Below are positions 40,049 to 49,634 of a stretch of DNA of 64,000 nucleotides, one piece after another. The stretch covers positions 544,001 through 608,000 of the forward strand of contig CAWFDF010000008.1 in NCBI GenBank assembly GCA_963814585.1, in the 5' to 3' direction. Made by a program: the position numbers and the translations under genes. The notes under the pieces are model-generated. The model saw only the letters and a list, made by a program, of their open reading frames with translations, made no database searches and was not told where the DNA came from. Source of the stretch: an uncultured delta proteobacterium (GTDB taxonomy: Bacteria > Myxococcota > Myxococcia > Myxococcales > Anaeromyxobacteraceae). Positions within the stretch are counted from its first letter, which is position 1. Each line of letters starts with the position of its first letter.

Positions 40049-40077
40049 AGGAGACCCCGCCCTTGGCGGGGTCTCCT
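40049..40077 (+). terminator. Hairpin after the ferredoxin gene
   Basis: AGGAGACCCCGCC-CTT-GGCGGGGTCTCCT, 13-bp perfect stem. Confidence 0.7.
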
Positions 40078-40139
40078 CGTCTGGGGACCGGCCCCGGCGC
40101 TGGAGTTTGTCTCGCCGGCGCACTAGCGTGCGCTCCTCG

Positions 40140-41945
40140 ATGACTCCGGCCTCGACCCAGCGGCTCGCGCTGGTCCTTCGCGCCTTCACCGGGGTGCTGG
40201 CCTCGTCCCTGGCGCTCTCCCTGGCGAGCGCGGGCGAGGCCGCCCCGGTGCGAGGCCCTCCGACCTGCGCCGACGCCTGGCGAATGATCGACTTCGCGGT
40301 CGCTCGCCACGTGGCCCATGATCGGCTCACGCCAGACCTGGCGACGAGAGCGCGCGACCTGCTCGCGGAAGCGCTGATCGCCGACCACCCCTGGTTGATG
40401 GCCGAGGACCTCGCCGCGCTCAAGGGGCGCGCCGCCGCCACCAGCGGCGCCACCTTGCTGGCCGAGCGCGCTGCCGGACGATGTGGCCACCTCGATGCGC
40501 AGCTGTCGCGGGTCGAGGCCGCGCTGACCCGGGCCGCCAGCCTCTTCCCTGACCCGGGCATGCTCAGCACCGCGCTGCCCGACGAGCCGCCGGAAGATGA
40601 ACCTCAGGAGGCCGAGACGCCCCCGGTCTCGGTCGACGGGCTGCGCACGCTGATCTCGGGTGATGCGCTCGTCGAGGCCTGGCGCGTTCGCGGTGCTTCG
40701 GAGTGGCCGGTCGCCCGGGCCTTCGGGGCCAGGCGCGCGCTGCGCTGGCTGGAGCTCTCGCGGCAGCGCCTGGCCAGCCGTGGAACCGCCGACCTGGTCA
40801 ATGCCTTCGCGCACGCCCTCGACCCACACAGCCGCTACGAGACCGAGGAGGAGGCCGACCAGTCCGATCGAGAGCTCAACCCTCCGATCGGCCTGCTCGG
40901 GCTGGACTTCGGCGACCCGGTGCCCGGAGGCATGCCGGTGGTCGGGCTCCATCCCGGCTCACCGGCCGCGCGCCATCGCGGGTTGCGCGTCGGCGACGTC
41001 ATGACCGCGGTCGGGGCCACCTCGATCGCGGACCGAGACGCCGACGAGGTCTCCGCCTTGCTCGACGCCTACGAGGAGGCGGTTCCCCTGACCTTCGCGC
41101 GTCCGTCGGGACGGAAGCTGGGGCCGCCGAGGCGCTTGCAGCTGGTGCGCGAGGTGCTGAAGGATCGGAACATGTCGGTCACGGCGACGCCCCAGGTCGA
41201 GAAGGGGCAGCGCGTGCTGGTGGCGAGCGTGGAGGAGGTCGACCAGGACACGGCGGACGGCGTGGAGCGAGCGCTTCACCTCGGGCGCCGACCTCCGGAC
41301 GCGGTGGTGCTGGACCTGCGGGGCTGCACCGGCGGCTACCTCACGACCTCGGTGGCGATCGCCGGACTCTTCCTCGCCGGTGGGCCGGTCGTGCGCCTGC
41401 ACAGGCTGGGCATTCCCGACGAGGTGATCGGTGATCCCGAGCCGACCCGAGCCTACGCCGGCCCGGTGCTGGTGCTGGTCGACGAGGAGACCGCCTCTGG
41501 CTGCGAGATCGTCGCGGGCGCCCTGCGGGCGCGTGGGCGGGCGCTGGTGATCGGCGCGCCTCGGACGTTCGGCAAGGGGACGATGCAGGACATCTTCGAC
41601 GGCGAGATCCCGACGGGAGCCCTCTACGTCACCACCGGCATCTTCTACCTTCCGGACGGCACCTCTCCGCAGGGTGCCGGCGTCCCGGTCGACCTGGTGG
41701 TCGCGCCTCCGACCGACGGGCTGGTGACCGAGTCTTCCTTGCCGTGGGCGCTACCCTCCCCGCCGCCGGTCCCGCCTCTCGACGGAGGCGATGCCGACCG
41801 CGACCCGACGCTGCAGGAGTCGCTCGAGCGGCTCGGCGCGGTGGTCCCGGAATCGAGGCGATCGCAGCGGGAGGGGACCGACATGGTCCTGGTTCGGGCG
41901 ACCGAGCTGGCGGCTCGACTCGTGGCGGAGCGGCGGAAGCGCTAG
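40140..41945 (+). CDS. C-terminal processing protease (S41, Tsp/Prc-like) with PDZ domain
   Basis: LDPHSRY, PGSPAA, LDLRGCTGG, TASGCEI, TFGKGT, SPQGAGVPVD. Confidence 0.88.
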   Translation: MTPASTQRLALVLRAFTGVLASSLALSLASAGEAAPVRGPPTCADAWRMIDFAVARHVAHDRLTPDLATRARDLLAEALIADHPWLMAEDLAALKGRAAATSGATLLAERAAGRCGHLDAQLSRVEAALTRAASLFPDPGMLSTALPDEPPEDEPQEAETPPVSVDGLRTLISGDALVEAWRVRGASEWPVARAFGARRALRWLELSRQRLASRGTADLVNAFAHALDPHSRYETEEEADQSDRELNPPIGLLGLDFGDPVPGGMPVVGLHPGSPAARHRGLRVGDVMTAVGATSIADRDADEVSALLDAYEEAVPLTFARPSGRKLGPPRRLQLVREVLKDRNMSVTATPQVEKGQRVLVASVEEVDQDTADGVERALHLGRRPPDAVVLDLRGCTGGYLTTSVAIAGLFLAGGPVVRLHRLGIPDEVIGDPEPTRAYAGPVLVLVDEETASGCEIVAGALRARGRALVIGAPRTFGKGTMQDIFDGEIPTGALYVTTGIFYLPDGTSPQGAGVPVDLVVAPPTDGLVTESSLPWALPSPPPVPPLDGGDADRDPTLQESLERLGAVVPESRRSQREGTDMVLVRATELAARLVAERRKR

Positions 41946-42030
41946 CGGCCCCCGCCCAGCTGCTCGGCCACGCCGCGACCACGTGCTCCGACCACTGGCG
42001 ACCACCTGCCCGGGTCGGGAGGGGAACTCC

Positions 42031-43194
42031 TCACGGACGGGAGGACGGAGGAGGAGGCGGCGGCGGAAACCTCTCGAGCGGGAGCTTCCCCTCATGCAGC
42101 GTCCCGTCCACCACGAAGGTGGGCGTCGACCGGATGTTCGCCTTCATCCCGGCCGCGATGTCGGCCGCCAGGCGCGCCTCGGTCGCCGGCGATCCCAGGC
42201 ACGCCTTGAACCGGCCCACGTCGAGCTTCAACCGGGCCGCCAGCTCCTCGGGAGTCGCCGGCGACCTCTGGCTCGCGTACAGCGCGTCGTCCATCGCCTC
42301 GAACTGCCCTTGCGCCTCGGCGCAGATGGCGGCGCGCGCCAGCGAGCAGGCCCTCTGGTGGAACGGCCGCTTCAGCACGGGGTTGCACGCCTGGTCGAGC
42401 GGGAAGTGGCGCCGCACCACCTGGATGTCCGGCCTGATTCGCAGCACCTCCCGCAGCTCGGCGTGGGCGAGGGCGCAGTAGGGACACTCGTAGTCGCTGA
42501 ACAGCACCGCCGGCCCGGTGGCGGCCGGCAGCGGCGGGAGGATCGACAGGACGTTGCCCGCCGCCGTCGAGCCACTCGGCGGCCTCGCCCGCACCTCGAC
42601 GCGCGGGTAGGTGGCGATGAGGAGCATCACCCCCACCAGGCCGGCCACCACCACGGCCGCCGCCCGGCGTGGATGGCTCCAGGCCGCCCGCAGGTCGGCC
42701 CGCACGGAGGCGGCCGCCCCCACCGGCCGGGAGGCCAGCCAGCCGGTCACCAGCAGCCCGAGCGACACCGCCCAGGACCCCATGCACAGCAGGCACCACG
42801 CGCCCACGCCCAGCTTGGAGATGAACGCCAGCGCCACCGACGTGGCCGCGGTGAAGCCTCCCAGGACCAGCAGCAATCCCGCCGGCCATCGAGGGTGGAG
42901 CCGCCCCGCCGAGAGCCCCCACGCCGAGAGCGACGCGACCACGGCATAGCCGACCACGCCCCAGGCCGCGATCGGCACGCCGAAGAGCACCGACCAGCCG
43001 CTCAAGGCCACCTTGTCGCAGTCGACCTCCTCGCTGATGGTGCAGAAGCTCGTCAACCCGGCCGCGGCGTCGTGGTGGACGCGCACCAGGAGGGCAGCCA
43101 TCGCCATGCCGGCCAGGGCGAGCAGCAGCGAGGCCGCGAAGGCCGCGCGAGGCGTGGGCGGCGTTGGCGTCCTGGGCGCGGGCTGACGGGCCAT
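42031..43194 (-). CDS. VKOR-DsbA fusion disulfide oxidoreductase
   Basis: FCTISEEVDC, WCLLC, FSDYECPYC, HFPLD, STPTF. Confidence 0.92.
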   Translation of the reverse strand: MARQPAPRTPTPPTPRAAFAASLLLALAGMAMAALLVRVHHDAAAGLTSFCTISEEVDCDKVALSGWSVLFGVPIAAWGVVGYAVVASLSAWGLSAGRLHPRWPAGLLLVLGGFTAATSVALAFISKLGVGAWCLLCMGSWAVSLGLLVTGWLASRPVGAAASVRADLRAAWSHPRRAAAVVVAGLVGVMLLIATYPRVEVRARPPSGSTAAGNVLSILPPLPAATGPAVLFSDYECPYCALAHAELREVLRIRPDIQVVRRHFPLDQACNPVLKRPFHQRACSLARAAICAEAQGQFEAMDDALYASQRSPATPEELAARLKLDVGRFKACLGSPATEARLAADIAAGMKANIRSTPTFVVDGTLHEGKLPLERFPPPPPPPSSRP

Positions 43195-43209
43195 CGAGGG
43201 GGTGGAGCG

Positions 43210-43512
43210 CTAGTCGATCGAGCAGGGCTTGATAGGCTCACAGGGCTTGGCGTCCGCTGCCTTGCCCGGCTCGACCGTCTTGCCGGTGCCCGCCGCCTTG
43301 CTGGCATCCTCCACCCGGGCCGGAGCGGGCTTCGTGGGTGGCTCGGTCGCCTTGGCCGGGGTGCCTTTGGCCGGGGTGCCCCGGGCTGGCGCCGTCTGGG
43401 CCGGCGCCGCCGCGCTGGAGGACGCATCGGCCGGCGCCTTGTCGATCGTGCCATCCGAGATCGAGATGATCGCCAGAGAGGCGGCGAGCGATTGGGCGAT
43501 GAACTGGTTCAT
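43210..43512 (-). CDS. Small Pro/Ala/Lys-rich protein with a C-terminal Cys pair
   Basis: Hydrophobic N-terminus, low-complexity middle, ends KPCEPIKPCSID. Confidence 0.7.
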   Translation of the reverse strand: MNQFIAQSLAASLAIISISDGTIDKAPADASSSAAAPAQTAPARGTPAKGTPAKATEPPTKPAPARVEDASKAAGTGKTVEPGKAADAKPCEPIKPCSID

Positions 43513-43572
43513 GTGGTGTCTGACCTCGCTGCGGGAGTTAACCCGGACCTCACCTCCCGCGCAACCACCACG

Positions 43573-45393
43573 TCAGCGTGCGGGCTCTCCGCCAGGCGTC
43601 CCGGCCCCGCCGGCGCCGGCGCCGGCCCGAGCTCGCAGCCCGTCCCGCTCCCGCTCCGCGGCCGCCGCCCGCGCCGCCTCGCGCTCCGCCACCGCCCGCG
43701 CCGCCCCGAGCGCCGCGGCGTTGTCGCGAAGCTCCTTCTCCAGGGCCGCCCGCCTCGCCTCCAGCGACCGCGCCTGTCCCTCGGCGTCCCCGACCCGGCG
43801 CCGCGCCTCGTCCCGCTCTCCGCCCAGGCGCCCCGCCTCCTTGAGCGCCGCGGCCTCCCGACGCCCGGCCTCGGCCGCCGCCTCCCGGGCCGTCGCCAGC
43901 TGTGCCTCCACCCCGGCCAGACGCTTGAGCGCCCCCTTGGCCTCCCCCTCCGCCCGGGTGGCGACCTCCCGCCCGTGATCGGCCTCCTGCCGGGCGGCGC
44001 CCAGCGCCTGCTCCAGCCTGGGGAGCTGGGCCAGCCGCGCCTCGACCCGCTTCAGCTCCTTCTGCTTGGAGTCGGCAGCGCCTTCCAGCCGGGCGATCTC
44101 CGCCTCCAGCGTCCCTCGCGAGCGATCGAGCTCCTCGAGCTTCCGTCCCAGCGAGGCCTCACGCGCCGTCAACTCGAGCAGCTTCCCGGTGAGCAGCTGG
44201 TAGCCGGCCACCACCAGGGGAAGGAGCACCGCCACCACCGCGGCGGCCGCGGCCAGCTCGCTCCGGTGGCGCCGGATGAAGAGCGCCGCGCGCCTCAGCC
44301 CGGAGCGGCGCTCGTGCCAGGTCGGCTCCAGCTTGCGGAAGCGGCGCAGCTCATCGGCCAGCGCCCCCGCCGTGCTCGGCCGATCCTCCGGGCGCTGCGC
44401 CAGGGCCCTGGCCACGATCTCGCGCAGCCGCGGGGGGACTCCGCTCGGGAGCGGAGGTGGCCTGGGATCGGCGTCGCCGCTCCGGCCGGCGTGAGGTGCC
44501 GTGCCCGAGAGGAGGAAGTAGAGCGTCCCGCCGAGCGTGTAGACGTCCGAGGCCGGCGTCGGCGGCAGCCGCTCGCGCCACTGCTCCGGCGCCATGTACG
44601 CGACCGTGCCGATGGGGAGCGAGCGCCCGGTCGCCGTTCCACCCCAATCCGGCGCGCTCCGCCGCCCGTCCTGCCGGGCCCGGCCTTCGGCGCCCGGGGC
44701 CGCCTCGTCCGGCTGCGCCGCCGCCAGCGAGGTGGCGATGCCGAAGTCGGCCAGCATCACCCGCCGGCTCTCCGGCGTGAGCAGGACGTTCTCCGGCTTG
44801 ACGTCGCCGTGGACGATGCCGGTCCGGTGCGCGGCATGGACCGCGCCGGCCAGGTCCTCCACCAGCCGGGCTGCGTCCAGCGGGGAGAGCCCGGGCTGCG
44901 CCTCCCGAAGGGAGCGGCCGATCCGGATCGAACCGGGCGCCTCCTCGTCCGGATCGGCGCAGACCGCCATCTCCACGTAGAAGGGACCGCCCTCGATGCG
45001 GCCGGCGTCGAAGACCGGCACCACGTGGGCACTGGGAATGCGCCGCGCCCGTCCGGCCTCGCGCCGCACCTGCTCGACGAACTCGCTCATCCCGGGTCCC
45101 GGGCGCAGCAGCTTGAGCGCCACGTAGCCGTCGAGCGGTGGCCGCCGCGCCAGGTAGACCTTGCCGTGCGCCCCCGCGCCCAGCTCGCGCTCCAGCGTGA
45201 ACGGCCCCAGCTCCACCGGGTACGGTCCCGAGGGCAGTGGCCCGTCCGGCCGGTCGTAGTGGGCCAGCAGCGCGTGGACCAGCTCGGCCAGCGCGGCGTC
45301 GCCGCCGCACAGCTCGTCGACCAGCCTCGCCCACTCGGCCCGGTCCTGCTTGAGGACCAGCTCCACCACCACGTCAGCGCCCAGCCTGGTCAC
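43573..45393 (-). CDS. Ser/Thr kinase with TM and long coiled-coil C-terminus, coupled to the ECF sigma
   Basis: ELCGGDAALAELV N-terminus, GAGAHG, VALK, HGDVKPEN, DFG, GTVAYMAPEQ; GTG overlaps the sigma gene's TGA. Confidence 0.9.
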   Translation of the reverse strand: MTRLGADVVVELVLKQDRAEWARLVDELCGGDAALAELVHALLAHYDRPDGPLPSGPYPVELGPFTLERELGAGAHGKVYLARRPPLDGYVALKLLRPGPGMSEFVEQVRREAGRARRIPSAHVVPVFDAGRIEGGPFYVEMAVCADPDEEAPGSIRIGRSLREAQPGLSPLDAARLVEDLAGAVHAAHRTGIVHGDVKPENVLLTPESRRVMLADFGIATSLAAAQPDEAAPGAEGRARQDGRRSAPDWGGTATGRSLPIGTVAYMAPEQWRERLPPTPASDVYTLGGTLYFLLSGTAPHAGRSGDADPRPPPLPSGVPPRLREIVARALAQRPEDRPSTAGALADELRRFRKLEPTWHERRSGLRRAALFIRRHRSELAAAAAVVAVLLPLVVAGYQLLTGKLLELTAREASLGRKLEELDRSRGTLEAEIARLEGAADSKQKELKRVEARLAQLPRLEQALGAARQEADHGREVATRAEGEAKGALKRLAGVEAQLATAREAAAEAGRREAAALKEAGRLGGERDEARRRVGDAEGQARSLEARRAALEKELRDNAAALGAARAVAEREAARAAAAERERDGLRARAGAGAGGAGTPGGEPAR

Positions 45394-46169
45394 GCGTCCG
45401 CCTCCTCTCCCGCCCTGCCCCTCACCTGGCGCGCCGCCACCCACGCCGCGAAGAGCCGCAGGTCCTGCTCCACCCGCGCCGGCGTCGAGCCGAGGGCCGC
45501 GGCGATGGCTGACCGTGACTCCCCGTGAAGGTAGTACCTCCGCGCCGACTCGGAGATGGCCACCCGCCGCCCCAGGCGCGGGTCGACGGCCGCCGCCGCC
45601 GCCGCCCGCTCCACCAGTCCCAGGTCCGGCGCCACCGCCAGCCGCGCCCAGGCGAGGAAGAAGGCGAGCCGCTGCTGGACCATCCCCTTCGACTCGCCGA
45701 GCAGCTCGGCCGTCTCCGACTGGGTGAAGCCGGCCACCAGGTGGCACTCCACCGCACGGGCGATGCGCCGGCGGCGCGAGATGTTGGGATCGGCGCGGAG
45801 CTGCGCCAGCAGCTCCAGCACCGCCAGCGAGTCCTCACGGGAGCCCGTCAGCGCCTCGCCGTGGATCAGCGTGAGCACGGGCAGCAGCGAGGCGGCCTCG
45901 CGCCCACGCCGCCGCGCCGTGGCCCGCCAGCGGGAGATCCAGAGCCGGCGGATGAGGAAGAGGCAGTAGGCGGTGAAGTGGCGGGCGTCCCGGAAGGTGG
46001 TGCGCCGGCGGAGGATCCTCTCCAGCGCGGTGTGCAGGCCGGCGGTGCCGGCCAGCGTCGGCGGAGCGCCCCGGCTCATGGCGCGGACGCGCTCGCGCAG
46101 CTCGTCGTAGGCCTCGGCGACCAGCTGCTCGGTGCTCGGGCCCTGTCCCGCTGTCGCCGCCGTCTCCAT
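45390..46169 (-). CDS. ECF43-like sigma factor with a tandemly duplicated sigma4 domain
   Basis: AYDELR, TLAGTAGLH, DARHF; two 69-aa repeats DP...A-xx-LG...V-x-Q-x-L...AW. Confidence 0.8.
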   Translation of the reverse strand: METAATAGQGPSTEQLVAEAYDELRERVRAMSRGAPPTLAGTAGLHTALERILRRRTTFRDARHFTAYCLFLIRRLWISRWRATARRRGREAASLLPVLTLIHGEALTGSREDSLAVLELLAQLRADPNISRRRRIARAVECHLVAGFTQSETAELLGESKGMVQQRLAFFLAWARLAVAPDLGLVERAAAAAAVDPRLGRRVAISESARRYYLHGESRSAIAAALGSTPARVEQDLRLFAAWVAARQVRGRAGEEADA

Positions 46170-46361
46170 CGGAGCGCCCGAGGGTATCCCGGACCGGGGC
46201 TCCAGGGCAGGGGCGGCCGGAATCTCGCCGCGGTGAAAAGGCCCGTTTCGGTCGTGGTGGCGGCAGCTTGGAGGTCCTGCCGGCCCGGGCCCGGTAGCCA
46301 GATGGGCGAGCGGCGGCGTCTGTGGATCACGGGGGCACGTCGCCCCGAGGAGAACACGACC

Positions 46362-46913
46362 ATGCCGACCAGCCAGACCGAGCGACCTTCGCTCGCCACC
46401 GTGCCCGCCATCGCCGACGCCCAGCGCTGGGCCCACCTGCTCGACCACGCCCGCGCCGTCGCCGCCAAGGTGCTCCGCCGGCCCAGGACCCACCCCGACG
46501 TCGAGGACCGCGCGCAGGACGCGCTGGTGGCGTTCCTGGTCTCCGGGATGCCTCGCTTCGACGCCGCGCTGGGAACGCCCGAGGCCCTGCTCGGCACCAT
46601 CGTCCGCAACGGGGCGCTGTCGCAGCTTCGTGACGGCGCCACCCAATCCCGCCTCGGCGCCCAGCTGGCCGCCGAGACGCCCACCTCGAGCCCCGGCTCC
46701 CAGCGCCGTGCCGAGGCGGTCCGCGACCTCGGCCGCGTCCTCTCCCGCCTCTGCCCCGGGCACGCCGAGGCGCTGGTCAGCATCGACCTGGTGGGCGAGG
46801 GGATCGCCGAGGCCGCCCGCCGCCTCGGCAAGAGCTACCAGGCCATGAACGGCCAGGTGGGGCATGCTCGCGCCGCGGCCCGGCGGGTCGCGCTGGAGCT
46901 CGTGGCGGCCTAG
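46362..46913 (+). CDS. Second ECF-type sigma70 factor
   Basis: DVEDRAQDA (region 2.2), RFD, IVRN, GEGIAEAARRLGKS...ARAAAR; GAGGAG RBS. Confidence 0.8.
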   Translation: MPTSQTERPSLATVPAIADAQRWAHLLDHARAVAAKVLRRPRTHPDVEDRAQDALVAFLVSGMPRFDAALGTPEALLGTIVRNGALSQLRDGATQSRLGAQLAAETPTSSPGSQRRAEAVRDLGRVLSRLCPGHAEALVSIDLVGEGIAEAARRLGKSYQAMNGQVGHARAAARRVALELVAA

Positions 46914-46957
46914 CGTTCCAGCCGCCACGAGCCCAGCCTCCCCGGCCCCACCCCGCC

Positions 46958-47506
46958 CTACCGGCGAGCGACCTGCTGGCCATCGGAGCGCTGGTCGCCC
47001 GGCAGGCGCAGCTCGGCGCGGCGGTTCTGGCTCCAGGCCTCCTCACCCGCACCGCTCACCAGCGGAAGCTCCTTGCCGAACGAGACCGTCTTCAGGGCCG
47101 CCCCGACACCGAGATCCACCAGGTAGGCACGGACCGAGTCGGCGCGGCGGTTGCCGAGCGCCAGGTTGTAGGCGGTGGTCCCGCGCTCGTCGGTGTGCCC
47201 CTCGATGACGACCGAGACCGGCCGCCTCTGCTCGAGGCAGGAGGCGGTGGTCTTCAGCTCGGCGCGGGCGCCGGCGTCGAGGCTCGCCGAGTCGAAGGCG
47301 AAGTGGACCCGCGAGACGGAGCAGGCGGGCGGGTCGGCGACCGGCCGCGGCTCGATGGACGGGGCGGCGGGCGTCGCGGACGAGGCGACGACGTCGCGGA
47401 CCTCGGTCTCGGGCCGAGCGACCGTGGCCGGCGAGGCGCAGCCGGCGGCGAGCGCGGCCAGCAGGGCGCCGAGGAAGAGGGGGGTGACGATACGGTCCAC
47501 GCGCAT
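46958..47506 (-). CDS. OmpA/Pal-like peptidoglycan-binding lipoprotein
   Basis: Lipobox AAGC, FAFDSASL, IEGHTDERG, YNLALGNRRA, SFGKELP, NRRAE. Confidence 0.92.
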   Translation of the reverse strand: MRVDRIVTPLFLGALLAALAAGCASPATVARPETEVRDVVASSATPAAPSIEPRPVADPPACSVSRVHFAFDSASLDAGARAELKTTASCLEQRRPVSVVIEGHTDERGTTAYNLALGNRRADSVRAYLVDLGVGAALKTVSFGKELPLVSGAGEEAWSQNRRAELRLPGDQRSDGQQVARR

Positions 47507-47606
47507 GTGGGGCCTCCGGGCCTGGTGGCGGGATCGGACCCGCACCCGTGCTACCCACCACCCCTGGAGTTCTCTCGCGCCGCCCCGGGCCTGGCGGCCA
47601 GGACCG

Positions 47607-47996
47607 TCAGCGGACTGGTCCTCCGGGACCAGGTGGCCCGGGGAGGCGCCCCGGCTCTAGGGCGCCCGCCTCGGCGTCGACCGGGCCGCCGGCACGCGAC
47701 GCCTTCGGCAGGGCGTCGACCACCGGCCCTTCCTCGCTGGCTGCCCCGTGATGCGATCCCTCCGCCCAGCCGGGATCGATGCGGACGGTCCGGAAGGTCA
47801 CCGGTCGAAGCGGCGGCGGCGTCCGGCCCGTCAGCCGGTACCAGAGCGAGCGCGCCAGCCCGAGGATCAGCAGCGCGCCGGCCACCGGAAGCAGCACCGC
47901 GAGGCTGGCGGAGACCACCAGCGCCGTCAGCGCCCCGAGCACGACCAGCAGGAGGATGGCCGGAAGGCAGCCGCGGACCTGGACCTGGCGCATCAC
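47607..47996 (-). CDS. Small membrane protein
   Basis: Two N-terminal hydrophobic helices and a Pro/Gly tail. Confidence 0.65.
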   Translation of the reverse strand: MMRQVQVRGCLPAILLLVVLGALTALVVSASLAVLLPVAGALLILGLARSLWYRLTGRTPPPLRPVTFRTVRIDPGWAEGSHHGAASEEGPVVDALPKASRAGGPVDAEAGALEPGRLPGPPGPGGPVR

Positions 47997-48053
47997 GGGA
48001 GTATAGCCCCCGACCGTGGAGCCCCGTCACGGCGCCCCCCGCAGCGGTGCGGG

Positions 48054-49535
48054 CTAGAGCTGGGGGGTCAGCAGGCGCGCCAGCGACGAGAAGAGCCGGG
48101 CGGGAAACCGCTCCCGCCGCCCCTCCGGCGAGCAGGGCCGCGCCCGCTCCAGGTCGCGGAGGAAGAAGGCGGCCAGCTCCTCCACCGCGGGCCCGCCGTG
48201 GATCGCCGCCACCACCTCGAAGTTGAGCCGCAGGCTCCGGTTGTCGAGGTTGGCCGTGCCGACGATGCCCAGGTCGTCCATCACGCAGGTCTTGGCGTGG
48301 ACCATGGGGGGCCCGTACCGGTGGATGGCCGCGCCGGCCGCCAGCAGCCCCTGGTGGAAGGTCCGGCTGGCCGCGTCCACCAGCCGGGAGTCGGTCCGCG
48401 CCGGCACCAGCAGGCGGACGTCGACGCCGCGAAGGGCCGCGCTCTCCAGCGCCGCGGCCATCGGCTCGCTCGGCAGCAGGTACGGCGTGGTGAGCCAGAT
48501 CCGGCTCCGCGCCCCGGCGATGGCCGCGAAGTAGAGCGCCTCGACGGCGTGGCCGGTCTCGTCGAGCCGCGACTGGCGCGGGCCGGTCTCGTCGGGTCCG
48601 GAGGCGACGATCTGCACCAGGTGGTCTCCGCGGTCCGCCTCGGGGAAGTAGCGGGCCCGGAGGCCCTCGGACTCCGGCGGTGGCTCGCCCGGGCGGGAGA
48701 AGAGCCAGTCCTCCAGGAAGGCCAGCTGCAGCCCGTGGACCGCGTTGCCGGCCAGGCGCACCTGGGTGTCGCGCCAGGCCGCATCGCCCTGCGCCTCGCG
48801 GCTGTGGTTGTCGCTGATGTTGACGCCGCCGGTGAAGCCGGTGAGCCCGTCGCAGACCACGATCTTCCGGTGGGAGCGGAAGTTGAAGAACCGGGCCGAG
48901 GCCTTTCCGCCGAAGGCCGGGTTGAAGCGCGCCACCTGGCCGCCGGCCGCGAGCAGCGGCGCCAGGAAGGCGCGGGTCAGGGCCGAGGAGCCCGCGGCGT
49001 CCACCAGCAGCCGCACGGTGACCCCGGCGCGAGCCCGCTCCACCAGGGCGTCGCGCACCCGGGTCCCGATCCGATCCGGCGCGAAGATATAGTACTCCAG
49101 GTGAACATGGTCCCGGGCGGCGGCGATGGCCTCGACGATGGCCTGGAAGGCCCGGTCCCCGTCGTCGTAGAGCGTGACCGAGGTGGCGGTCTCGGCCGGC
49201 ACGGCGGTGAGCGTGCGCGCCAGCTGGAGCAGCTGCCGGGTCGGCAGCGGCGCGGCGGCCTCCAGCGCCTCCCAGGCCTCGGGCTTGCCCGGGACGCTCT
49301 TGCGGGCCGCGGCGCGGCGGAGCAGGCGACGCTTCAGCCGGCGCGGGCCGAGGAAGAGGTAGACCGGCACGCCGACCACGGGCAACATCGCCAGACCGAG
49401 GATCCAGGCCAGCGTGGTGACCGGCGGCCGCCGCTCCTGCAGCATCCACCCCGCCATGAGGACGAGCCAGAGCGCCTCCAGCCCCACCAGCGTGGCGGGG
49501 GATCCGAGCGTCTCGAGGAGGCGGGCTCCCGTCAT
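48054..49535 (-). CDS. cls: Cardiolipin synthase
   Basis: Two N-terminal TMs; two HKD motifs (HRKIVVCD, HAKTCVMD); NLDNRS-x3-NFE. Confidence 0.93.
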   Translation of the reverse strand: MTGARLLETLGSPATLVGLEALWLVLMAGWMLQERRPPVTTLAWILGLAMLPVVGVPVYLFLGPRRLKRRLLRRAAARKSVPGKPEAWEALEAAAPLPTRQLLQLARTLTAVPAETATSVTLYDDGDRAFQAIVEAIAAARDHVHLEYYIFAPDRIGTRVRDALVERARAGVTVRLLVDAAGSSALTRAFLAPLLAAGGQVARFNPAFGGKASARFFNFRSHRKIVVCDGLTGFTGGVNISDNHSREAQGDAAWRDTQVRLAGNAVHGLQLAFLEDWLFSRPGEPPPESEGLRARYFPEADRGDHLVQIVASGPDETGPRQSRLDETGHAVEALYFAAIAGARSRIWLTTPYLLPSEPMAAALESAALRGVDVRLLVPARTDSRLVDAASRTFHQGLLAAGAAIHRYGPPMVHAKTCVMDDLGIVGTANLDNRSLRLNFEVVAAIHGGPAVEELAAFFLRDLERARPCSPEGRRERFPARLFSSLARLLTPQL

Positions 49536-49634
49536 CTCGCTGCTCCTATCACGGAAGGCCGACCGTCGGCGTCAGGCCCTTGCCGGTGGCCGGGAATGTG
49601 ATTTACGCGCCACCTTTGGGTACATTCCTCGCAG

